A stretch of 62,876 bases of DNA, counting the filler, from Asterionella formosa (Eukaryota), in NCBI GenBank assembly GCA_002256025.1. It is 16 parts of 16 records of this genome, joined end to end, with 100 filler letters (N's around TTAATTAATTAA, not from the genome) between each part and the next. Parts side by side here need not be neighbours in the genome. Positions count along the whole stretch, not along the records: positions 6,295 to 37,740 come from NKIB01000672.1; 15 more parts are not named here. One strand, written 5' to 3'. The position numbers and the translations under genes were made by a program. Positions 21,763 through 33,847 of the stretch are shown piece after piece. Under the pieces are notes generated by a model that saw only the letters and a program-made list of their open reading frames with translations, made no database searches and was not told the origin of the DNA. Within the stretch, counting starts at the first letter, position 1; every line of letters starts with the position of its first letter.

Positions 21763-23539
21763 CCTCTTGGAAATTATTGAACAAGATTGCGAGGAGGTGT
21801 TAGAAAATAAACCAGCTCAATGGGATGTTGCCACAACAGTGTGACACAACAACAGATTCTTTTACTAAGGCAAGATGTTTTGAGAGACCTGGAGGAGGCA
21901 TATGATGTTTACTCACCAGATGGTTTGGTAAAATAGTCTTGGGTGCCAGAATGCACCCAAGTGTGTAGTTTTCTCACCGCACCATGCAGTGGCTGACTAT
22001 AGATCCATGATACATATTACACGATTGTAGTTCCGACGCCTCTAATCTAGCTCGCCAGCTACTCAAACTGATTCATGTGTGCTCAATGTGAAGTAGTCTA
22101 GCTACTGGTAGTTTGGAAAATTATACGTGAACATGTCAGATGACTGCAAGAGAAACCAAAAATGGCAATCTATCAGGTAAGAGTGGTGGAGCCTTGCATG
22201 AACCGATGAATTTGGGAACAGATTTGGCAACCGCCAGCACAGACCAGCTACTTCAGAATACTGAAAGTAGCTGCTAGTACCAGGTAGCATTATCCTATGG
22301 AGTTGTAGGGACGATAATCCGTACTATATATGAAATAGGCACCTATGAAGCATTTACTTCATCTATTTATGTACTAGAAGCCAATACATTGTACAAGTAT
22401 TGCAAGAAATACACTGCCCTTCCTCATGCCCAAACTGCTACTCCTACATCTTTGATATATTTGGAGGGTCCAAGCTAGGTACAGCATTTGTGCTTAAGTT
22501 TCTGGTCGTGGAATGGGTTTGTCAGTAATACTTGGTTGATTACACAAAGAGCCATCAGGGATCATATTCCGTTTACCAAGTTTTTTTGTCATAACCGGTA
22601 AGCCTAAGTATTCCCGTACCGTAGTTCAATTCATTTTCGTCGTGAACGTATTGATATTTTGGACATTACAGCGACCATGTCAAAATACCGGTATCAGTTC
22701 ATCATAATGTGAGTTGTCTGATGGTAACTGGTGCTAGGATACCTGGTACCAGGTACCTGGTACTCAAGTATACGCATCATGCATCACTGTTTCCTCGAAG
22801 AAAAATAACGAGTTTTCTTGACAAGAATTACAGGCGGAATCATCGCTCAGTTAGTCTATGTACAGGCCACCATAGACCTACTGGTTCTATTGCTATAGGT
22901 GTATAGTAACCGTTTAATGTAACATCGTCCGGTAGACTACATTTCGTAGTCTACTTATTTTGGAGTCATTAATAAAGGAGTTGCATTCCGGGTACTTTAC
23001 AAAGATACGGTACGCGGTATATCAGGATGATCATTCCATATATACCTATATTTATGTGCAGTTATGCTGTGACGTGTATGCGTCGTGCGACACACGACTA
23101 CGGTGATCCCGACGACAACCAGTGGGACACACATGTACGGTATATCAATTTATCATATACGGTACCAGGTACCGGGATTAAAATAGTCAACAAGATCATC
23201 CTTGTTAGTACAATAAAGATCGGGCACCTATGAGAAGCTCGTGAACCAAAGGGCCTACCAGTATTCGCGTGTATGAATGAGGAACATAATGAAGATCGCT
23301 CTTGTTGACCCACAATCTCATCTATAGGCCGATTTGTTGGACCATGCATCGATCCATTTCTCGAACTTGCTATTGCGTCTGACGTATCAGAATAAATAAA
23401 GCAAACAATTCCACCCATTGACTTCATTCCACCGCTACCGGTACACAGATTATCAATTGGATTGAAATCAACGTATCCGCATCTCGATCACTTGAAACAT
23501 TTGTCACCCACCTGTGACCACCGCCAATACAAGCAAATA

Positions 23540-26500
23540 ATGAGACTTAGCGCCTTGATCACTTTCAACTCCACTCTCTTCTACACAGCGACCATGGCAA
23601 TGGTAGCGACGCCAAATCCGAACCCACTGCAGGAAGTGCAGCCTGATGGAACAACGATCCGCCTTTTCTTGAAAGGCCATCCCATCTCAGGCGCCTTCAT
23701 GACTGACGCTGCTAGTCATCCCGTCGTTCGAGACGACCAAGGATGGTATGTCTATGCATCTCATCAACACGAAGAGATGATTGGAGGGAGGCGCAAACTC
23801 TTGCCCTCTCAAAGACGAGTCGGCGTTGATGACCCCGAGAGTACGACGCCGCCGGACTTTTCCACAGTGTGGCACAGTACAGACAAGAAAGTCTTCTCAA
23901 CTCCATTTTACCAGTTTTCAGAAGTAGACAATAGCGAGAAAGTGAACATTCCAGACTTCACAATGAATGACTTGCTCTGCGAAGGCATGGAACGCACAAG
24001 TTGGTGCCCGAATAATCCAATGTCGCTTGGTGGCCTTGCCAGGACAAGCGATGTGATGCCGGCGAACATTGGAGGAACATTGAATATGATCGTGGTTTTG
24101 GTGCGCTTTCAAGATCACGAAAGTAGGAATTTTCCCTCAAGGGAGACCTACGAAACTTTGTTCAATTCAGATATCGAGGAACCTGATATTGCTCCAACTG
24201 GTTCAGTCAAGAATTATTACAAAACAATCTCATACGGCAAGTTCAGCATACAAGCCACTGTTCAAGATTGGGTAACTATTCCTGAAACAGAGGAAGAAAG
24301 TTCGTTTGGTAAGCATGGTTTGTCGAGTCGCTTTGGGAAAGTTGCCACCAAGGCATTGGAAACAATGGATGCACGAGGTGTGAACTGGGAGGACTATGAT
24401 CGTGACGGCGATGGCTTGATTGACGCCATATTTATCATCACCTCAGGCTATGCCGCCGAAGGTGGCGGGACTGACTGTGTCAATAATAAGGAATGGGGAA
24501 CCCATCGGATTTGGTCTCATCGGGCCACAGTGCCAAACGAACCTGTATATTTCCATTCGGCGGATAGGAAGGTGCGAATGGCATCCTATGCGACCACTTC
24601 TGGACTCATTGGATCTTGTAAGGAACGACCATGTCGCATTGGAGTCATTTGTCATGAAACTGGTCACTTATTTGGATTACCTGATATGGTCGGCTCTGTT
24701 GGAAGTGGTGTTGGTGTCTTTGATATCATGGGGCAAATGTGGGGAGTTGATGGCTCACAATATCACCCAGGAATGATGGGAGCTTTCTCGAAACAATTTG
24801 TAGGTTGGATAAAGCCTCAAATTTTAAAGAGCAGCGGAGTTTACACTATTCGAGCTTCTGCCAATTTCGAAGATGCCTATCGAATCGATGAAGGTTTCCC
24901 TGATGGCGAATACCTACTCATTGAAAATCGTCAAGCCTTGTATTTCGACAACCTAATACCATCAACAGGTCTCATGATTTGGCACGTCGATGAAAATCTT
25001 TTGGATGACTATCAATCCAGACCAGGCTATCCTGGACAAGAGGGCTGGCCATTGAATGGTAATCATTATCAGCTGGCAATTCTGCAAGCGGATGGATTGT
25101 ACGAGCTGGAACAGGGTATAAACAATGGAGGCGAGGGGGATCTATTTTCCCATACTACCGGCATCTTCCCTGGACCTGGAGACAAAGTATATCATCCTGG
25201 ACAGGGATCATACCCAAACACAGATACATACAGTGGTGGTGTCTTCCGATCCGGGATAACCATATCTGATATTAGCAACTCTTCTGAAACTATGTCCTTT
25301 CGGATCACTATGTCCTCACCATTTTCGCCACAACCCACTCTCCTTCCTACTCCCACATCAGGTCCTACTCCTCTATCCACATCAGACCCTACCCTTCGAC
25401 CCACGCCAGGTCATACTTTTCAACCGACGCAGGATCCTACCCTTCGATCGATGCAAGACTCAACTTTTCAACCTTCACAAGACCCTACTCTTCGACCAAC
25501 GCCTAGCCCAACTTTTCAACCCACGTTAGAGCCTACCCTTGGACCGACGCCGGGTCCTACTCTTCAACCTTCACACGGCCCCACTCGTCAACCGACGCCA
25601 TGTCCTACTCTTAGACCGACGCCTGGCCCCACTTTTCAACCCACGTTAGAGCCTACACTTCGACCGACGCCAGGCCCTACTTTTCAACCCACACAGGACC
25701 CTACACCTAGACCCACGCCAGGCCCAACAATTCGACAAACGTCATATCTTACTCTTCAGCCGACAACGAGTCCTACTCCTCTACAAACTGTAGCTCCAAT
25801 ATTAATCCCATCACGAGATTTGTCACTCGTTCCCACAGTCGCGCCAACACACGATCCAAGCTCATTTCCAACTGAACAACCTTCGAAAAGGTCATCTAAA
25901 ACTCCAATAAGTCGACCAACCGCTGCTCCGACTGATGAAACCACGCCAGAAGCAACAATGTATCCTAGAGGAATACCAACCAACGAACCAAGTTCCTCTC
26001 CGACCAAACCGCCATCTCCAGGACCAACAGAGATGCCTAGAAGGTCGCCAACGCCATTTCCAAATGTAAAACCCACTTCAAAACCAACACTGATTCCATC
26101 GTATCTTCAGAGTGGAACACCCACAATATTAGATAGAGAAACTCTCGATACGGGAGGCACTTTTTTCGATGTTGTTGGCAATCGTCATGATCCAAACGAT
26201 ACCATCTTACCAGGGAGCAACTTGGTTGCTCCTTCGCTATCGACTACGGTGTTATCACCATCGCTTGGACCCACTGTCGATCACACGTCTGCAGGTGATT
26301 TAATTCCAACAATCTCGTTGTCTCCAACCGTCAACGAACGATCTCTTCCGGATTCCTGGTCACCTGTTACTTTTGAAAAGAAGTCTGCTGTTCTGTCATC
26401 ATCTCCCAGTGTATTTCCATGGGCTCATTTAGTTCCAAGCGGTATCCCAACAAGCATGAGTCCGTTGCTGTCCAAAAGTAGTAGTGTGCAAAGTTTCCGC

Positions 26501-28660
26501 CCTTCCCCGTCATTTCCAAGTGGAAGGCCTTTTCTTGCAATGGCACCATCCTCCGATTCTCCACAAGTCGCTACCCCTAGTATCGTTGATCATAGCGCAT
26601 CACAAAGGGAAGTAACAAGTGAAAAACCAAGTGCATTCCCCGCACAGTTGGAGTCGGTTGTGCTTAATGGTGTTCCCAGTTTCTCCGTTCCGTCAGCGGT
26701 ACCAAGTGATATCCTGACTTCTTCGCCAACTGAGGTGCGCGCGAGCAGCTCGAAGCCAAGTGCTCCTTACAGTGGTCGGCCAACAAGTTTATATTCTCCA
26801 ACATTGAGTTTTACTTTTTCTGTACTACCATCAACCATACCAAGTGAGCATCCAAATGACATGCTGAGCAATTTTCCAAGCAGAAGCTCTCAACCTAGTT
26901 CATCCCCATCGCTATTAGTGCCATCAGTGACACCAACTGATGGCACCGTTCCTAGAACTGATTTGCCTTCAAAGTTCTCATCCTCAACAAATCCGTCAGC
27001 TAGGCCAACATTCCCAACATCATCATCATCATCATCGTCGTCAAATCATCTGTCCGATTCACCATCATCATTCAGTCAAGTACCATCCATAGCTCCAACT
27101 GTAAAGGAATTTAGTCGGGAGAAGGTACCAACGCAGTCGCCCTACGTGGCGCCAAACATGAAAATTGCTAATTCCTTATTTGCTCCTATGTCATCGCCAA
27201 CAATGCTTCCGACCAGTCTGCCAACCGTTTTTCCTATCAGTTCGTCTCTACCAATTCTAACCAATTCTTCGATGATGCCGTCACAGCTGGTACCGGTTTT
27301 GTCAGATCCTGGAGCCCCACCAATCTTACCAGGAAATATTTCCGGTCGAGTCCTTATTGATACGGACAACGATGGCGTTGGCGACATTCCAGAACCTTAC
27401 TCTCGGGTGTCCATCATTGATGTGTCAAGCAAAACCATTCTTATGATGGGCGGAACGGATGAAAACGGGCGATATTCGTTTACCTCTGTGCCTCCTGGCG
27501 AATATGTTATTGTGCAATCGAACCTTCCTGGTTACGAAGATGTTTCGGATTTCGAAGGAAACATCACAAATAGCACAATCTTTGTATCTCTATTGCCAAA
27601 CAAATCTTCAGTGAATAATGATTTTGTGGACAAAAAGGCAACAGTTCCATCAGCGGCTCCTGTGAAACTTAAAGGTGATTCACCCTCCAATTCACCGAGC
27701 AATTTTCTCACGAATTTACCGACCACTGTTCCTGTTACCACAGGGTTGCCTGACGTCGAATCCAATTACACGACACATTTGGCAACGACCCAGCCTGCTG
27801 CACCTATCGTCATTCCAACTCCTGGAACAATTTCCGGTCGCATCTTTATTGATACGGACAACGATGGTATTGGTGACATTCCAAGTGTTTTCTCTCGGGT
27901 GTCCCTTATTGATGTGGCAAACAACGACATTCTCATGATGGGAGGAACGAATCAAGACGGGAGATATACCTTCTCGTCTGTGCCTCCCGGCAAATATGCG
28001 ATCATGCAATCGAATCTTCCTGGCTACGAAGATGTTTGGGATTCCGCAGGAAACAGTACAGATAGCACAATTTTCTTATCTCTATTGCCGAATGGCTTTT
28101 CAGTTGACAACGACTTTGTGGAAAAAATGACACCAGTCCCCTCCAAGGTTCCTGTTGAACGCAACGATTCTACAATCTCCAATGCACCACCAAGTGCTAT
28201 ATTAAAGAATTCAACAATCCCTTCACCAGTTAATGATACTGGGTCGTCCGTCGACATGTTTAACTCTACGACAAATTTTGTGCCTTTGGCGACTGTTGCT
28301 ATTCCATCTGGAACCATTTCCGGCCAGGTCTTCATCGACACAAACAACGATGGAATTGGTGATATTCCTGAGATGTTTAGTAATATTCAGTTAAAATCCA
28401 CGAGCGGCGACGTCCAAATCTCGGTAAGAACAGATGAGAAGGGAAGTTTCTCCTTTTCCAATGTTCCTCCAGGTGACTATGAGATCAAGCAGGACAACCT
28501 TCCTGGCTACGACGATGCATTGGATTTCGCGGGAAATGAAAAGAGCAGTAAAATTTTTGTGACTCTACTCAAATACCACTCGTCTGTGGACAATAATTTC
28601 CTCGATCGACCAAGGTTCCGCGATGGTGGAGGCAACCGAATCCGCCGGCGAGCTCAATAG
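23540..28660 (+). CDS. Secreted M6-family (immune inhibitor A-like) zinc metalloprotease with Pro/Thr/Ser stalk and three SdrD-B/Cna-B-like repeats
   Basis: Likely ATG at 23540 with a signal-like start, QPDGT propeptide, YDRDGDGLID, zinc motif HETGHLFGLPD, EYLLIENRQ, GLMIWHVDE. Three GxISGxxxIDTxNDGxGD...FxxVPPGxY...DF repeats at about 27330, 27825 and 28310. Confidence 0.9.
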   Translation: MRLSALITFNSTLFYTATMAMVATPNPNPLQEVQPDGTTIRLFLKGHPISGAFMTDAASHPVVRDDQGWYVYASHQHEEMIGGRRKLLPSQRRVGVDDPESTTPPDFSTVWHSTDKKVFSTPFYQFSEVDNSEKVNIPDFTMNDLLCEGMERTSWCPNNPMSLGGLARTSDVMPANIGGTLNMIVVLVRFQDHESRNFPSRETYETLFNSDIEEPDIAPTGSVKNYYKTISYGKFSIQATVQDWVTIPETEEESSFGKHGLSSRFGKVATKALETMDARGVNWEDYDRDGDGLIDAIFIITSGYAAEGGGTDCVNNKEWGTHRIWSHRATVPNEPVYFHSADRKVRMASYATTSGLIGSCKERPCRIGVICHETGHLFGLPDMVGSVGSGVGVFDIMGQMWGVDGSQYHPGMMGAFSKQFVGWIKPQILKSSGVYTIRASANFEDAYRIDEGFPDGEYLLIENRQALYFDNLIPSTGLMIWHVDENLLDDYQSRPGYPGQEGWPLNGNHYQLAILQADGLYELEQGINNGGEGDLFSHTTGIFPGPGDKVYHPGQGSYPNTDTYSGGVFRSGITISDISNSSETMSFRITMSSPFSPQPTLLPTPTSGPTPLSTSDPTLRPTPGHTFQPTQDPTLRSMQDSTFQPSQDPTLRPTPSPTFQPTLEPTLGPTPGPTLQPSHGPTRQPTPCPTLRPTPGPTFQPTLEPTLRPTPGPTFQPTQDPTPRPTPGPTIRQTSYLTLQPTTSPTPLQTVAPILIPSRDLSLVPTVAPTHDPSSFPTEQPSKRSSKTPISRPTAAPTDETTPEATMYPRGIPTNEPSSSPTKPPSPGPTEMPRRSPTPFPNVKPTSKPTLIPSYLQSGTPTILDRETLDTGGTFFDVVGNRHDPNDTILPGSNLVAPSLSTTVLSPSLGPTVDHTSAGDLIPTISLSPTVNERSLPDSWSPVTFEKKSAVLSSSPSVFPWAHLVPSGIPTSMSPLLSKSSSVQSFRPSPSFPSGRPFLAMAPSSDSPQVATPSIVDHSASQREVTSEKPSAFPAQLESVVLNGVPSFSVPSAVPSDILTSSPTEVRASSSKPSAPYSGRPTSLYSPTLSFTFSVLPSTIPSEHPNDMLSNFPSRSSQPSSSPSLLVPSVTPTDGTVPRTDLPSKFSSSTNPSARPTFPTSSSSSSSSNHLSDSPSSFSQVPSIAPTVKEFSREKVPTQSPYVAPNMKIANSLFAPMSSPTMLPTSLPTVFPISSSLPILTNSSMMPSQLVPVLSDPGAPPILPGNISGRVLIDTDNDGVGDIPEPYSRVSIIDVSSKTILMMGGTDENGRYSFTSVPPGEYVIVQSNLPGYEDVSDFEGNITNSTIFVSLLPNKSSVNNDFVDKKATVPSAAPVKLKGDSPSNSPSNFLTNLPTTVPVTTGLPDVESNYTTHLATTQPAAPIVIPTPGTISGRIFIDTDNDGIGDIPSVFSRVSLIDVANNDILMMGGTNQDGRYTFSSVPPGKYAIMQSNLPGYEDVWDSAGNSTDSTIFLSLLPNGFSVDNDFVEKMTPVPSKVPVERNDSTISNAPPSAILKNSTIPSPVNDTGSSVDMFNSTTNFVPLATVAIPSGTISGQVFIDTNNDGIGDIPEMFSNIQLKSTSGDVQISVRTDEKGSFSFSNVPPGDYEIKQDNLPGYDDALDFAGNEKSSKIFVTLLKYHSSVDNNFLDRPRFRDGGGNRIRRRAQ
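25330..25790 (+). repeat. Coding minisatellite encoding PTxxPTxx repeats
   Basis: Repeats such as PTLRPTPG and PTFQPTLE. ACTTTTCAACCCACGTTAGAGCCTAC occurs at 25511 and 25631. Confidence 0.85.
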
Positions 28661-29307
28661 AGTATCTGGTACATACCACAGTTAATCTATCACTTTCTTG
28701 CGTATAGGTAGTTTTGCCCACGGAATCCTTCGGAGCAAACAATTCTCTATGATTTATAGCTAAACTTTGCTATATATCTATAGACTATACTCTGACACGG
28801 AGTACTATACTTTGGTGATGAGTGCCGGAATTCCAGCTTAGTTGCAACAAGGTGCATGGCATCAGCTATTATTTGGCAGTTGACGTGAACTATGTAATCT
28901 CCTCCAGTATGGTGCCCAGGAGCCAGGAGTCGCTCAGTACTATATAATAGCAGGCTGGTTTTCCGATCTCAAGAAACTGATTCGAGGCGCGATGAGCGCA
29001 TTCCTTGATGGTAAAGGCTCTCCTGACGATCACTGGGAAAAAGGACACTAAGAATCCCGCCATTTCTGGCAGATTTGTGTTTAGTTAACCAATTTTCAAC
29101 AATACCTTGAGTATTGACAAAGCGATTATAAGCACAACGTGAAACGGATATTTTTGTCGAACTACAATCAAGTTTTGAATCTACCTATCCGATTTCAGTA
29201 TTAATCTCTCGTCGTCATTCTCATATAACAGGTAGCAGATGTGTTCCCTCTTGACAGAAACTTTCGAAAACTTGTTTGATAGAAAATGTTGAGTTCTTCC
29301 TCTGCTA

Positions 29308-30711
29308 CTATTCGAAGCCTTTTAGTTTCTCGTTGATATCGTTTAATCGATCCTCCATTATCCTTCTGGCATCTTTGAGTGCCTCCAATGACTCCTGCTC
29401 CGTCAATCTAGGTGCTGCTACAGTCAATGTCGATTGCGTTTGTTCTCGTGGTGGAGATGTTGACCACTTACCATAATCCCCTTGATCTAAAATCCAACCA
29501 ACAGGTCGCTTCGCTGGCTCCAAACCAGCTTCTCTGCCAGCCTTTTCAATCGCGTATATACAGTCGCCAAGGTTACCGCCTCTCTCCAAGGCATCGACTA
29601 ATCCATCATAACATGCTTTATATTCTCGCAACAACAATACCGCCTGAAGTGCACCCCACCTTGCTTGATTTCGTATGCTCCCACTGTTCCATATTTGCCC
29701 ACCCCCTCCCGTATTGAGTTGACTTAAGAACGCCACTAAAGCCATTTCGTCACCGGCACCGCCATCGGCACCTCCAAAGTTCATGGCCTCTGCGGCAATA
29801 CCACCCATGACAATGACGGAATAACGATCAATAGAGGCTCTTGTCACTCGACCAGAATTCATTTCTCCCGAAAGGGCTGGATCGAAAAAGGATGTGCCCG
29901 CTGTAACTTGACGTTTGTCAAATCGAGCATCTTGAAGGGCGGCCCACCCACTCAAGACACACCCTTCGACCGGACACCCCAAGAGGTAGGCACATAAAAA
30001 GTGACCAGCTTCGTGACGGAGTATTTTGGATTGTAGTTTGGGTTGGATAGTTCGGACTATTGTTTCGAAAATGACCCCATTGACAAAAGCCTTGTCTAAG
30101 AACGCAGCAGTGAGAGTAACAAAAGCCAACGCATTCAAGTTCCAACCAAACGTCATTGAACAAACAGCTTCTACCACAGCCAGAGCGATGCCAGCCAGCA
30201 AGAGTGTGTTGGTCGGTTTGGGAGTGAGAGATGTCATACTGAGATTGGTGATTTCTTCTAACAAGACTGGAGTGACTGTCTTGGATCCACTGGCAAGTGG
30301 TTCGTTTTCGCAAGCACCGAAGAACACAAGTTGTCCATTAGTGCGAAGAGTTTTATACATTTTGGTCATGTCCATGCGAGCAGGTGACTGAGGTGGGTAT
30401 TGAGAACCTTGCTGTTCGTCCAAGAAACGAATATTGATGGAATTTTCCTCTGCTTGTTCTGTTGTCGATTCTATGCAATCAAAGACCTTGCCAAAGGTCT
30501 CTTTCGAGAGCTCGAGCGAAGGGTTCTGTTCCAGCACAGATACTGCCTGTTTCAGCTTGCCATCTTGTAGACTCTGGTTCAGTCGCTCTTCGGCGGAGTC
30601 GGGAAAAGAATTAACTTTCCAATTACCGGTAGGTCGATACGCGAGTGGCCGCGGCGCTACAAAGGCACTAGAGGCCGATACTATGACGAGAACGGAGAGC
30701 GGAAACTTCAT
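29308..30711 (-). CDS. Plastid-targeted membrane M41-like zinc peptidase lacking an AAA domain (VIR3-like)
   Basis: Presequence MKFPLSVLVIVSASSA-FVAP from the second Met, two TM helices, RHEAGHFLCAYLLG, MGGIAAEA, GGAGD. Confidence 0.82.
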   Translation of the reverse strand: MKFPLSVLVIVSASSAFVAPRPLAYRPTGNWKVNSFPDSAEERLNQSLQDGKLKQAVSVLEQNPSLELSKETFGKVFDCIESTTEQAEENSINIRFLDEQQGSQYPPQSPARMDMTKMYKTLRTNGQLVFFGACENEPLASGSKTVTPVLLEEITNLSMTSLTPKPTNTLLLAGIALAVVEAVCSMTFGWNLNALAFVTLTAAFLDKAFVNGVIFETIVRTIQPKLQSKILRHEAGHFLCAYLLGCPVEGCVLSGWAALQDARFDKRQVTAGTSFFDPALSGEMNSGRVTRASIDRYSVIVMGGIAAEAMNFGGADGGAGDEMALVAFLSQLNTGGGGQIWNSGSIRNQARWGALQAVLLLREYKACYDGLVDALERGGNLGDCIYAIEKAGREAGLEPAKRPVGWILDQGDYGKWSTSPPREQTQSTLTVAAPRLTEQESLEALKDARRIMEDRLNDINEKLKGFE

Positions 30712-32067
30712 TTGTTTAGCTCCCTTCATTCAGAGTTGTAAATTGTGAGATGCCAGGATCTCGTAGCCACTAAACCCAAGACTGAATCACTTATATTTGG
30801 ATTGTTGGACGCGTCAACACACCGGTATGTGAAATCCGACAGGATATGTCAAGGAATCAAAGATTGACGCAGCAGCCAGTTGGAGGAAATTTAAGGATTC
30901 AGTCAGTCAACAGAATGTCGGTAATATTTATAATTTATTTATACATCTACCGGTAGTGCATTTTCTAAAATACCATACCGGTAGATGCATGCGTATCATC
31001 GTGATGTGGTGGCACCACGATAGGAGGTGACCAGGTACCTGGTACGTCGGTAGGAGTGCCTGGTACCTGGTAGCACCGTAACTTCTGTTTGTTGTTCGGT
31101 CTCTTGGTCTGCTTCAAATGCTGACGAGGATGACTGTATGTATGGCTGCTCAACTTATGGTTACCGGTAATTGAATGAGTTCTTTTATTGGGATGATGTC
31201 ATCATCATTTATTCCGGTACCTGGTACCAAGTACCAGATACAGTCGTGGCGCCATTGTGGTGCTTGTATGATGGATACCGTTTTATATGTATTTATGTAC
31301 CTGGTACCGTAAAGTATACATATATATATTGTGTATTACATGTATAATATAGTGAGCAATCATTATGTGCAGCCATGTCATGGCAGTGCCAAACCTTATG
31401 GTCTTCCTGCCAGACACTGCATACCATAGACTATTTTGCAGAAAATATCAGCAATCTTCTTTGTTCTTTGTTGTTTGATGTATTTGCTGATTGGATCATG
31501 ACAAATCATGCCCACATCATGGCTACTCCTGCTTACTATGATGTCCTGTACTGTGTAGCATGAAATTGAATGCATTTAGTGACTTGGACTTGTGGGTAAT
31601 AGCATTGCACTACTAGGTATTGAGTTGATGGTGAACAACGTAGAAATGAAAAGGATGTTAACAAATATCTTCCCCTATCTTTGAATAGATTCTTCGATGC
31701 TTGAGCATAGTCTGCTCACAAAAGCATTGATATACTAGTATAAATGGAAAGCATTATTAGAAATATCTTCTAGAATAATTACACATCTATATATATAACT
31801 CAATTTATGGGGGAACAATCTTCAAAACTCACCTAAATTGGGTGTACAGTAAGGTAAGTTGCTGTTGTAGACAGGACCCAAATGGCTGTACTATCACGCA
31901 ATCTAGTAAGAATGAAGACTTTAGCTAGTTAACACACCGCCAATAAGTATATAAAGAATGAATGTATGGACTTCCCAGACCAGCATCTTCGCCACTCTGG
32001 ACGCCACTGGGGAATAACATGTATTTCAATAATGTTGGTGACATGCAAATCCAATTGTTGTCATTCT

Positions 32068-32895
32068 TCACCTGAATTCCTTAGCCACATGAAGCATCAT
32101 CACAATATTTCCGAAAACAACAGCAGCCCAATAAAGCCAAGTTGATCTCATTGTGTCCATGTTTTCCAGAAAGGCAAGAGCTGTGACCATGGCACCAAAG
32201 CCCAAAGTATAGAATCCATGTACCCTTGTCATGAAAGTGTTTGGTGCACTTTGATCTTTGAACTCCCATGTATTGAGAGCTGCTTTAGGGAACAAGGCCA
32301 TGAAAACACCATTCAAGAGCAGCCAGACAACATAAACCTTAGTAACTGTATCGGCGTACGAGACATTGGAAAGGGTAGCATATATCACAAGGGCATTGGT
32401 TACCAAAATGAATGCCTGCCCGATAGCAGCGAACCCCAAATCCTTGGGTTCTTGATCAAGGAGGCACTTGACAACTTCTAATGTATAGGGGAGAGTTGAA
32501 TATCCAATTGCAGTGTTGAGACTAGTTCCTTTGATGACGAGGCAAAGTGCAGCGATACCAAATGCCAAATAATTGGATCCCACGCGTCGCAAGAATAAAT
32601 CAACCATTGGACTCCTGGGCAAGAAATTGTAAAGACGCTCGTATGTTGCCTTTGGAGAAAGCGTAAAGGCAGATCCTTTCGAAATCGACACCCATATGGC
32701 TACTTCAGAAAGGGTCTTGGGATCAAGAAGGCCAGCACCTCCACGAATGGAGAGAGTTTGTGCAATGGAGTGGATCTTTTCGATCCTAACGGCTTGAGAA
32801 TGAAAAGCTGCTTTTCTCAAGGGTTCGCTCGCATGAGTGAACTTCCCGATTGACATGTACAATAGGAGTGATAAATAAACGAAGTAACCTGTCAT
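32068..32895 (-). CDS. Multi-pass membrane protein of unknown function with signal peptide and IRGG motif
   Basis: 275-aa ORF with about seven hydrophobic segments. Two internally similar halves (TLSPKATYERLY / ALFPKAALNTW). Confidence 0.75.
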   Translation of the reverse strand: MTGYFVYLSLLLYMSIGKFTHASEPLRKAAFHSQAVRIEKIHSIAQTLSIRGGAGLLDPKTLSEVAIWVSISKGSAFTLSPKATYERLYNFLPRSPMVDLFLRRVGSNYLAFGIAALCLVIKGTSLNTAIGYSTLPYTLEVVKCLLDQEPKDLGFAAIGQAFILVTNALVIYATLSNVSYADTVTKVYVVWLLLNGVFMALFPKAALNTWEFKDQSAPNTFMTRVHGFYTLGFGAMVTALAFLENMDTMRSTWLYWAAVVFGNIVMMLHVAKEFR

Positions 32896-33741
32896 ACTTA
32901 TTGCGGCTTTCGACGGAATGCGAATGAAGATTTAAGAAGGTCGTGCTTCGGGCGACAACAGGAATGATCGTTTCAAAAACGAAAGATCAAGACAGGCAGA
33001 GTTATTCAAGTGTTCGCCCCATACGATCTTTTCCTTCAACCATCATGCTTGACAACAAGCAAAACTATCTTGTATTAGCGGGACCCAATACATGAATTAT
33101 GGACGAGCGACATCAAGGTTGAACAAAGGAACCGGTACCGGTATCATACCGGTAGCTATTTTTGAACTCCGGTCGTATACGCGAAATGTTATGCATACCG
33201 GTATGTTGTAATACATGTAGAGGTCAACTTCTACACCGTGGTACTGGTACCTGGTAGGAGCACCAGGGTACCCTGGTACAAAACATGTGCAAACATACCG
33301 CTAACGGAAACGGGACAGTCTGTACAATGTTCACATGTATCTTATGATACCGGTACCTGGTACCCAGATCTATTCTGCCTTACCTCTATGATACGACGAA
33401 TCCGATACTGGGGTATTTTCGGAATAGCTACACCGGTAGACTAGACTATTTGCTTGCGTAGCTCTAAAAATTCAACAACATCGTTTCCAGGAAATACATA
33501 CATCTACACTCTACCAGAAGTATAAGAAAAAGTATAAAAAATCAGTAAGTTACAAATGTTCTGAATCATTGTAGGACCACCACCAGGCATCATAGCTATT
33601 ATAGCCATCACGACCAATACTTATAATTTGATATCAAGATTTACAAATACAAAGTTGGTGTGTCAGGGAGTGCAGTCACCTTGTTCTCATCACGTCAATA
33701 TAAAGCAATATAAGAACTGCTACCAGGCTACCGTTGTAGTC

Positions 33742-33847
33742 TTACTCCTCTTTTGTCGTTTCTGTGCCTGCTATACTCGCCTTGCTCTGAATGCTTACTC
33801 CTCTTTTGTCGTTGCTGTGCCTGCTATATTCGCCTTGCTCTGAATGC
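33742..33847. repeat. 53-bp direct tandem duplication of the transporter 3' end, including its stop codon
   Basis: 33742-33794 versus 33795-33847, two mismatches. Confidence 0.9.

Noticed and set aside
18676..28660. Bacterial contamination suggested by intronless bacteriophytochrome-like and M6 protease genes
   Set aside because: The same contig has spliceosomal introns, a plastid presequence, Copia relics and long intergenic regions, with no operon structure.
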